64,000 nucleotides of DNA from Candidatus Gygaella obscura (GTDB taxonomy: Bacteria > Omnitrophota > Gorgyraeia > Gygaellales > Gygaellaceae), in the NCBI GenBank assembly GCA_030765485.1, contig JAVCCR010000017.1, forward strand, positions 10,298-74,297, written 5' to 3'. A program made the position numbers and the translations under genes. How positions within the stretch are numbered: position 1 is the first letter of the stretch; each line of letters starts with the position of its first letter. Of this stretch, positions 20,048 through 27,112 are shown piece after piece. Below the pieces are notes generated by a model. The model made no database searches. It was not told where the DNA came from and saw only the letters and a list, made by a program, of their open reading frames with translations.

Positions 20048-20494
20048 TTAATCATTTTTTGGAATATATTCATTCGTTGCATAAGTAGTTGGTATTTCAA
20101 AATACCTTCCCTTATAAACAAACTCAATTTTTTCCTTCTTAATATCTACAATACTTGCATCCTTCATTACGTCGCCGATTTTTACTACACTATTATCAAT
20201 TATAGCCAAAGGAATATCCCCTCCCCAAATTACACCCTGGACACTAAAAGTAGGAGGATTTATTTTTTCTTCTCTCATTGTTATTTTCTGTGAAGCTTTT
20301 TTCTTTTCCGGACGCATAAGATCAATCGGCAGTGTTGGCTCAAACGGATCCCTAAAACTTACACAGTCATAAATCAATAACTGCCTCTCATCGATAGCAG
20401 CCATGGCAGAATTTAAAAACCCGAGAATCAAGAAAAAAACTAAAAAATGAATTATATTTATCTTTTTCATCTTTTTTCTTTTAGTATGGCGCAA
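20048..20494 (-). CDS. PilP/GspC-like pilot-domain lipoprotein or periplasmic protein
   Basis: 148 aa with a signal peptide. The C-terminal beta-rich segment GVIWGGDIPLAIIDNSVVKIGDV resembles the PilP/GspC HR domain. Confidence 0.5.
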   Translation of the reverse strand: MRHTKRKKMKKINIIHFLVFFLILGFLNSAMAAIDERQLLIYDCVSFRDPFEPTLPIDLMRPEKKKASQKITMREEKINPPTFSVQGVIWGGDIPLAIIDNSVVKIGDVMKDASIVDIKKEKIEFVYKGRYFEIPTTYATNEYIPKND

Positions 20495-21033
20495 AATACC
20501 TTTAAGCTGATCTTTAAAGAATTATCTTTTGCGTTCTCATACCTATTTAAAGGATTAATTTTAATATTTTCAAACCAAATAAATTCCGGAGAATTTTCTA
20601 TATCTCTGATAAACTGCCCTAAATTATGATAAAACCCTTCAAGAGAAATCCTAAAAGACATAACATCAAACAGGTTCTCTTGTTCAGTTTTTTGCTGATC
20701 AACACCTATAACCCTTAAATCGTAACTATCGGCAAATTGAGTAACCTTTCTGACAAGTTTGGACAAGGATATATCTTCGAAACCGCCTGCGAATTTACCG
20801 TTCTTTTTTTCCTGAAGCTGAATATTCCTTAAATATTCAATTTCAACCTCTTTTGCTCTTATATTCTCTTTTATAACGTCGATTTTTAATATTTCGCTCT
20901 TGTATACTTTCGAAGAGAAATGCAGCGTCAAAATGATAATCACTCCAATAACTATAAAATCCTTACGTGCGAGCACCATCGAAATCATTTCTTTAACGTT
21001 AATATTCTGTTTTAAATCGAGTTTCATTTGCAT
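20467..21033 (-). CDS. PilO-like bitopic inner-membrane pilus assembly protein
   Basis: 188 aa with a single N-terminal TM followed by a coiled coil. Position between pilMN and pilP matches a pilMNOPQ operon. Confidence 0.45.
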   Translation of the reverse strand: MQMKLDLKQNINVKEMISMVLARKDFIVIGVIIILTLHFSSKVYKSEILKIDVIKENIRAKEVEIEYLRNIQLQEKKNGKFAGGFEDISLSKLVRKVTQFADSYDLRVIGVDQQKTEQENLFDVMSFRISLEGFYHNLGQFIRDIENSPEFIWFENIKINPLNRYENAKDNSLKISLKVFCAILKEKR

Positions 21034-22580
21034 TTCACCTCAAAAGAAGTCACCCTGATATCCTTTATCTTTTCAGTGCTATTTAATCGCCCCATCTCAA
21101 TCTCCTGAAAAACATTATTGAAATCAGCTGACTTTTTTAAATTGGTTACAAATTCATCAATTGCCTGAATCTCTTTTGACTCGTTTTTCAGATACACTTT
21201 TCCGGAAATATTCAATGTCACACTGCCTTTAGACCTACCGATATCTATCTTAGACACCCAAAGACCATTAGATAGTAATTTCGGAATTGAATTGACCCAT
21301 GGCGTAATGGAATATCTGCGACTCATTGTTTTTTCAATAACCTTGAATTTACTCTGGTATTTATCCTGAATCTTCTCCAGATCTTCATTAGTTGTATAAG
21401 GCCAGTTTATCTGTAAATATTTGATTTCTTTATTAAGTCCGTTTAACTTATTTAAAAAAGGTAGTCTTTTTTGAAATGCATATCCATAAACAACTGCAAT
21501 AAAAATTATAGAAAAAATAATTGTATTTCTAACATTTTCCTGTGCTAAAATGCCATATTGCAACTTTGCTATCAAACCTGAGGTTAATGATTCTTTTTTA
21601 GATTTTTTACTGGTAATAAAACCGCGCCTCTTACCCAAATTAATAGAACTGGTAGATTTAATATTCACCAAAGAAACTGATAAAGCTCTAGCTATATCCA
21701 AATCTTTTGCCTGCGGATATGTCTTAATAGTACTAACCATTATACCGTCAGTGGCTATTCCCAATTCTTTGGAAAGTGATTCTGGCCAACTATCAAAACC
21801 AGACTCATAAAGCAAAGCAATCTTTTTTATAGAACTTGAGGAAGGCTGTCTTCTGTAATAATCCAAAGAAATTCTTACTTCGTTAATAAACTTTACTAAA
21901 AGATTGGCTGATTGCACAAGTTCATCTTGAGGAATATTATCCATAGCAGGCATGTTCAAATCACGGCTAAAATGTATAAAGTTATCTGAAATTACTGTAA
22001 TATTAGCACTTTTTAAACCTATATCTATAACAGCATAAGGTGAAGCTACTTTTTCAAGTCGAATTATCTTTAACAATCCAAAATGTGCAGGTTCTATAAA
22101 ATTTATTGTAAAATTTAGCTTTTTAAAAACAGCATAATACTGATCAATAATCTCTTTTTTTATACCCACGAAAAGAATCTTTATCTTCTTTTCCTTTTTA
22201 TCCAATGCATATTGAAAATCAAAATAAACATCTTCTAGTTTAAAAGGTAAATAACGCTTACTTTCAAACATAATCGCTGAATTAAGCTCATTGGTAGGCA
22301 TAATAGGAAGTTCAAAATAACGCATTATCAAATCTCTAGCAGATAATGCTATTGAGATTTTGCCAGATTCAATCTTATTCTTATCTAAAACTTCTTGGAT
22401 TGCAACTGCAGTCTTGGTTTCGTCAATAAACAGATACATAGGATTTATCTGTTCTTTATTCAGCGGGCTGCAGATAGTTTTAACCACTTTATTACCTTGA
22501 GACTGAACCAAATTAATGGAATTATGGCTAAAATAAATGCCAGTTTGCAACTCCTTTGTCTTTCTAAATAAAGCGCTCAT
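21024..22580 (-). CDS. Fused PilM (actin-like ATPase fold) and PilN (bitopic membrane) pilus assembly protein
   Basis: 518 aa. The N-terminal ~340 aa is a cytoplasmic PilM-like domain. A single TM helix (IIFSIIFIAVVYGYAF) and a periplasmic tail follow. Confidence 0.65.
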   Translation of the reverse strand: MSALFRKTKELQTGIYFSHNSINLVQSQGNKVVKTICSPLNKEQINPMYLFIDETKTAVAIQEVLDKNKIESGKISIALSARDLIMRYFELPIMPTNELNSAIMFESKRYLPFKLEDVYFDFQYALDKKEKKIKILFVGIKKEIIDQYYAVFKKLNFTINFIEPAHFGLLKIIRLEKVASPYAVIDIGLKSANITVISDNFIHFSRDLNMPAMDNIPQDELVQSANLLVKFINEVRISLDYYRRQPSSSSIKKIALLYESGFDSWPESLSKELGIATDGIMVSTIKTYPQAKDLDIARALSVSLVNIKSTSSINLGKRRGFITSKKSKKESLTSGLIAKLQYGILAQENVRNTIIFSIIFIAVVYGYAFQKRLPFLNKLNGLNKEIKYLQINWPYTTNEDLEKIQDKYQSKFKVIEKTMSRRYSITPWVNSIPKLLSNGLWVSKIDIGRSKGSVTLNISGKVYLKNESKEIQAIDEFVTNLKKSADFNNVFQEIEMGRLNSTEKIKDIRVTSFEVKCK

Positions 22581-22581
22581 A

Positions 22582-22836
22582 TCAGTTTTTCTGGTTATTG
22601 TTGTATGTTGACTTTCTCTGCTGGCTTCTCAACCAGGAATCAACATCCTTTTTATCAAACCTCCATACTCCGCCCATCTTAATACCTGAAATCTTGCCTT
22701 GGTGTAACCAATTATAGATAGTTTGCCTTTGCAATCTCAAATATGATGCTAATTCTTCTATGTCCATTAATCTTGCCATAAAATTACCTTTGTTGATGCT
22801 AGAACAAAGTATTTCATAAATGATTATATTTGTCAA
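22582..22836 (-). CDS. Small HTH DNA-binding protein (excisionase/MerR-like HTH_17). Probable true start at the ATG at 22779 (65 aa).
   Basis: MARLMDIEELASYLRLQRQTIYNWLHQGKISGIKMGGVWRFDKKDVDSWL is a canonical helix-turn-helix. The track ORF starts with TTG at 22836, which is itself part of a TTGACA hexamer. The ATG at 22779 is preceded by AAAGGTAA. Confidence 0.7.
   Translation of the reverse strand: MTNIIIYEILCSSINKGNFMARLMDIEELASYLRLQRQTIYNWLHQGKISGIKMGGVWRFDKKDVDSWLRSQQRKSTYNNNQKN
22795..22836 (-). promoter_or_regulatory. Promoter candidate for the HTH gene and pilus operon
   Basis: Minus strand has a perfect TTGACA -35 hexamer (22836..22831), a 17-nt spacer and an AATACT -10-like hexamer. 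An adjacent TATAAT is only 2 nt from the -35. Confidence 0.3.
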
Positions 22837-22854
22837 GTGTTTTTTTATATTTTT

Positions 22855-22906
22855 TTACTTATATTTATCTATATTTATCTAAACTTACTTATACTTACCT
22901 ATATTA
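22855..22906. repeat. AT-rich short direct repeats upstream of the promoter
   Basis: Tandem 10-mer ATATTTATCT x2 (22861-22880) and ACTTA-containing iterons (ACTTACTTATACTTACCTAT), immediately 5' of the -35 on the minus strand. Confidence 0.6.
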
Positions 22907-22960
22907 CATAAAGCTGCGCCAAAGATGTTTTTTAATTATTTCTAATTGGAGGCTAACAAA

Positions 22961-23362
22961 TTAAGGGGTGCTATATTGAACTGAAGCTGAAACTGGACGA
23001 GTACCATCAAAGTCATCTCCGGCAGTTGTTTCAGTGCCGATATGAACATTAATGGTAAAATCTTGATTATTCTGAGTAATATTAAGAGAAGGGGTTAAAT
23101 CACATTCAACATTTGGATTATCGCAACAAGAACAATTAATAGCTCCAAGCTGAGTTGTGCCAAGACGAAGCATTTCTAATCCATACTGAATTCCTGCATT
23201 TGCAGAATAATAAGCAAGAGTCCTTCTAAATTGATGCTCACTGAGTCTTCCCTGGCTGGTTAATATAGCTAATACTGTTCCGGCCATAATTACTATAATA
23301 ATAGTAAAAGCCAACACAACCATTAGGGCAAATCCTTGTTTTCTGTTAATCGCTTTAAACAT
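22961..23362 (-). CDS. PilX N-terminal-domain pilus assembly protein (minor pilin-like)
   Basis: 133 aa. RKQGFALMVVLAFTIIIVIMAGTVLAI...SANAGIQYGLEM matches the PilX_N pattern. C-terminal cysteine cluster (CSCCDNPNVEC). Confidence 0.65.
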   Translation of the reverse strand: MFKAINRKQGFALMVVLAFTIIIVIMAGTVLAILTSQGRLSEHQFRRTLAYYSANAGIQYGLEMLRLGTTQLGAINCSCCDNPNVECDLTPSLNITQNNQDFTINVHIGTETTAGDDFDGTRPVSASVQYSTP

Positions 23363-23367
23363 ATAAA

Positions 23368-23571
23368 CTATTGTTTTCTCAAAACGATCTTAAAATCCTC
23401 AACCTTTGTATCAAGTTTTATATGTCCTTCTCTTGCTAACCAGCCAAGACTCATCAAAATAAAATCTCTGGGCTTATCAATTAGCTTTGTAAGATCGCTT
23501 AATTTTACTTCAGGATTTTGCTCTAGGTAATGCCAAATTTCTCCTGCAATAATTCCTATTTCTGTTATCAT
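23368..23571 (-). CDS. Small winged-helix protein (DUF2582-like wHTH)
   Basis: 67 aa. IGIIAGEIWHYLEQN...LSDLTKLI...ILMSLGWLAREGHIKL resembles the conserved winged-HTH family of ~70-aa proteins. Confidence 0.5.
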   Translation of the reverse strand: MITEIGIIAGEIWHYLEQNPEVKLSDLTKLIDKPRDFILMSLGWLAREGHIKLDTKVEDFKIVLRKQ

Positions 23572-23619
23572 ATATCCTCCAAATATGTTATATCATATAT
23601 GTGTTTAATTTCAAGCTTT

Positions 23620-24021
23620 TTATTCATTATCGGTTGCAATATTAACTTCTAAAAAACCATGTTCTCTGCACGCATCCCAAACTTCGACTAAACGCCCAAC
23701 TGAAGTCTTTCTATCAATCTGTATCAATACAGGCATATTTTTATTACGGTTTTTATATAAAAAATCCTTCAACTCTTTTCTGGTTACTAATTTTCCATTC
23801 AGATAAATTATATTTTCCGCAGTAACTACAATTATAATATTCTTTCTTGTAATCATCTCAGATGTTGATGCTTCAGGAAGGCTTACCTTAATCCCAGAAG
23901 GCATTACAAAATTTGAAGTCAGCAAAAAGAATATAAGTAATAAAAACATCACGTCTATTAAAGGAGCAATATCAATCTGCTTTAATCCATGTTCTAACTC
24001 CATATGTCTTTTAAAACGCAT
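23620..24021 (-). CDS. exbD: ExbD/TolR-family biopolymer transport protein
   Basis: 133 aa. IDIAPLIDVMFLLLIFFLLT is the TolR/ExbD N-terminal TM signature. Confidence 0.85.
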   Translation of the reverse strand: MRFKRHMELEHGLKQIDIAPLIDVMFLLLIFFLLTSNFVMPSGIKVSLPEASTSEMITRKNIIIVVTAENIIYLNGKLVTRKELKDFLYKNRNKNMPVLIQIDRKTSVGRLVEVWDACREHGFLEVNIATDNE

Positions 24022-24023
24022 AT

Positions 24024-24656
24024 TTAAACCTCTTCGCTCATAAACTTGACTAGCTCAGTTGAAGTTCGCTCCATTTCAAAAATTACATTATTAACACGGC
24101 TTACTAAATAATTATAGGCTACGAATGTCGGGATGGCAACAATTAAACCAGCAACTGTGGTAAGTAACGCCTCCCAAATCCCTCCGGCAAGATCTGCGGG
24201 AGCTACTGTATTTAAAGCAGTAGCCTTAAGCTGTACAATCTGAAAACTCTTTACCATCCCGCTTACAGTACCCAACAAACCCAAAAGAGGTGTAATATGA
24301 GCAATCGTAGCAAGACCAGTAAGCCGTCTTTCAAGCCTAGGGATTTCATAAAAAGAATTTTCCTGCAATAACTCTTCTAACTTATTTCTATTTTTTTGAT
24401 TCTTAATGATTGCAGGTTTGAATATCCGCCCTAAAGGATTTTTCGTACTGTCACAAACTTTAATCGCACCTTTTGTATCGTTTGCACGCAAGCAATCAAA
24501 AATATTATGAAGAAATTTCCTTATATTAATCTTAATCTTATGCAAATGCCATAATTTCTCCAAAATGATTGCTAAAGCAAACACTGAGCAAACAAGAATT
24601 ACCCACATTACCGGTCCGCCTTTTGTCATCACCTGAAAAAAACTCATATTCCACAT
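24024..24656 (-). CDS. exbB: MotA/TolQ/ExbB-family proton channel
   Basis: 210 aa with three TMs and the conserved C-terminal LATIAHITPLLGLLGTVSGM helix region. Confidence 0.85.
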   Translation of the reverse strand: MWNMSFFQVMTKGGPVMWVILVCSVFALAIILEKLWHLHKIKINIRKFLHNIFDCLRANDTKGAIKVCDSTKNPLGRIFKPAIIKNQKNRNKLEELLQENSFYEIPRLERRLTGLATIAHITPLLGLLGTVSGMVKSFQIVQLKATALNTVAPADLAGGIWEALLTTVAGLIVAIPTFVAYNYLVSRVNNVIFEMERTSTELVKFMSEEV

Positions 24657-24672
24657 ATCAAACCATCCTTTT

Positions 24673-27105
24673 TTATTGTTGATTGCTTATTCTTAAATTT
24701 AAATCTTTAATCATTTCTTTGGCGTATTTTGATTCTTCGATATCCATATTTTCTATTTGAGAGTAAACTGAAAGAGCTTTCTGAAAATAATCCTCATTTT
24801 CAAAAATCTTAGCTAGTCTTAATTTCGCCTTTATACCTAAGGAATCGTTGCATTCAAACAATCTTTCATATAAAGAAACTGCCTGATCAAAAAGACCCTG
24901 CTCTTCTAGAGACTGCGCAAAATAGAATATTAATTCATTCTTAGAGTTTCTATCGATATTAGAAATAGATTCTTCGATAAATCTATCTCTTTCTTCTTCT
25001 TTATTTAACTTTATGTAGATTCTTGCTATTTCTACATAAGCACTGACACTCCCTGGAAAACCTTTTAAAAAATCTTTATACGCTTTTATTGCCAATACAA
25101 CTTTACCCTGAGATGAATAAATCTCGGATAAATCATTCGCGATATTTAAAAGCAACTCTTCCTCTTTAGCGTATTCTTTTGCCTGTTCGTAAACTAACAA
25201 AGCTTGCCTATAATCTGCTCTTTGTTTATGTATCCCGGCTAAAAGATATAAAGCTTTTTCCTTATCAGTAAAATCAGGATAAAATCTAAGAAGATTATCT
25301 ACATATCGTAATGCCATGTCAAGCTGATTATCAAAATAATATATATCAGCCAACCTAAACAATATCTCTGCATTCATATCAGAATCAGGATATTTAGAAC
25401 GAAGCCCTTCAAGTCTATCTATCGATGAATTTATTTTGCCTTGAGAGCTCAAACAATCAATAATTCCAAGTTCTGCCTTTACCAAGATAGCCTTATCATT
25501 AGTATGGCTTAAAATATACGAAAACATTTCTTTTGCCAAAACATACTCTTTAAGAGCAAGACGATTTAATCCAGATAAATACTGAAGCCTAAGCTTATAA
25601 TCGTTATCTGAGAAAATATTCAAAAACTCCTTTATCACTTCTTCGCTTTTTAGAAATTGTTTATTATTAAAATACGCAACAGCTAAATCAAATTTAAAAT
25701 TGTTGTCTAAAAAAGAACTATCCTTTATCTGCTCAAAGTAATTTATTGCCTGCTCATAATTGGCTTCTAAGATATAAATCGAACCTATCTTATAGCCTGC
25801 CAAAGAAATATTCTTCTGAACAGTGTCTGTAGAAAAGATTTCTTGATACAGAGCAATTGCTTTTTCATTATCTAACTGTGTTTCGTAAATTTCTGCCAAC
25901 TTAAACATTAAATCAATTTTTTTACTATTATCATTAATTTTATTTAAGACATCCTCTAAGGTAGTTATCGCAGAGTCAACATCACCTAACCTAAGATAAC
26001 AATCAACCAAACGGTAATAAACACTGTCAATAACCTCGCTATCAGTTAAGTTATTTAAATTATTTTTTAAAGCCTTTAGATTTTCTACGGCTTTTTCATA
26101 CTGTTCTAATTCAAAATATACATCAGCTTTATAAAAATGAAGACGAGTTAATAAATTAACGTCTTTTAACTCTGCCTCATTTATCTCATTCAATAAATCC
26201 AAAGCGACTTCGTAATTGTTTTCTTTAAACTCAAGTCTTGATTTACCCAGCACAAGCTTTGTTTGAAGACCTGCATCCTTTAACTGACCAACAAGAGAAA
26301 ATTGTTCTGCTGCTTCCTTATAATTTTCCGAAGATAGAAAAATCCACCCTAAATTCAAATAAGAAATATCCTTCAAACTTTCATCGGTTAAGCTTTTTAT
26401 AACGTTTTTATAGGATTCTTTGGCAGATTCTAATTCGTCTAAATAAAAATATGATTGTGCAAGATAAAAAGTCGCTAATGGAGTCTCAAGATAAAAATAA
26501 CTATCCCTTATCCATATAATAAACTCTTTTAATGCCGCGTAATTATTACTGCTATATAGACTATCAAAAAGCTTGCTTGCGGTTTCATGTAAAATATCTA
26601 TATTATTTGTCCTATGAGCGTACTTTTCAAATAATTGCTTAGCCGTTATATAGTCTTTATCCAGCAAAAAACTTTCTATTAAATACAAAAAAGCCTTATT
26701 GTTAAGCTGTGACTCGGGAAACTTATTAAAAAACCTTGTTATATTTAATTTTGCTGCGCTGTAATCATGATTTTCCAACTGCACCTTAACAAGCCAAAGC
26801 AATGCTTTGTCTTTAAAATCAATTGACGCAAAACTTAAATCATCAGTAATTTTTCTTAATGATTCTATAGCGGAAACAAAATCATTGATCTCATAAAAAG
26901 ACATCGCTATTAAAAAATGTGCCTTTGAAGAATATTTACTTAAAGGATGCAATCTTAAAAATCTCTTTAATATTACGATTGCATCATCATAAGAATCATG
27001 ATTATATGCGTATTCTCCAATAAATAGCTCGTCTTCTTCACTTGCAAAACAGCTAAAATTAAAAATAACACATAAAATTAAAACCGCGAAAATAATTTTC
27101 TTCAT
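24673..27105 (-). CDS. Large secreted tetratricopeptide-repeat protein
   Basis: 810 aa with a signal peptide, then more than 15 TPR-like helical repeats (recurring AxxxY/F...A patterns). Confidence 0.75.
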   Translation of the reverse strand: MKKIIFAVLILCVIFNFSCFASEEDELFIGEYAYNHDSYDDAIVILKRFLRLHPLSKYSSKAHFLIAMSFYEINDFVSAIESLRKITDDLSFASIDFKDKALLWLVKVQLENHDYSAAKLNITRFFNKFPESQLNNKAFLYLIESFLLDKDYITAKQLFEKYAHRTNNIDILHETASKLFDSLYSSNNYAALKEFIIWIRDSYFYLETPLATFYLAQSYFYLDELESAKESYKNVIKSLTDESLKDISYLNLGWIFLSSENYKEAAEQFSLVGQLKDAGLQTKLVLGKSRLEFKENNYEVALDLLNEINEAELKDVNLLTRLHFYKADVYFELEQYEKAVENLKALKNNLNNLTDSEVIDSVYYRLVDCYLRLGDVDSAITTLEDVLNKINDNSKKIDLMFKLAEIYETQLDNEKAIALYQEIFSTDTVQKNISLAGYKIGSIYILEANYEQAINYFEQIKDSSFLDNNFKFDLAVAYFNNKQFLKSEEVIKEFLNIFSDNDYKLRLQYLSGLNRLALKEYVLAKEMFSYILSHTNDKAILVKAELGIIDCLSSQGKINSSIDRLEGLRSKYPDSDMNAEILFRLADIYYFDNQLDMALRYVDNLLRFYPDFTDKEKALYLLAGIHKQRADYRQALLVYEQAKEYAKEEELLLNIANDLSEIYSSQGKVVLAIKAYKDFLKGFPGSVSAYVEIARIYIKLNKEEERDRFIEESISNIDRNSKNELIFYFAQSLEEQGLFDQAVSLYERLFECNDSLGIKAKLRLAKIFENEDYFQKALSVYSQIENMDIEESKYAKEMIKDLNLRISNQQ

Positions 27106-27112
27106 AATTAAA

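Noticed and set aside
22582-22836. Excisionase-type HTH as a marker of a prophage or integrative element; also the TTG-initiated long form of this ORF
   Set aside because: There is no integrase, recombinase, direct att-like repeats or phage structural genes anywhere in the window. The TTG start coincides with a TTGACA -35 hexamer, and an ATG with an SD lies 19 codons downstream.
22855-22906. Possible CRISPR array or other repeat array
   Set aside because: There are only two copies of a 10-mer plus short ACTTA iterons. The unit is far too short and too few for CRISPR. No cas genes are present.
23620-24656. ExbB/ExbD as Zorya-like (ZorAB) anti-phage motor
   Set aside because: The protein sizes (210 and 133 aa) and motifs are those of canonical TolQ/ExbB and TolR/ExbD. 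ZorA has a very long C-terminal tail, which is absent here.
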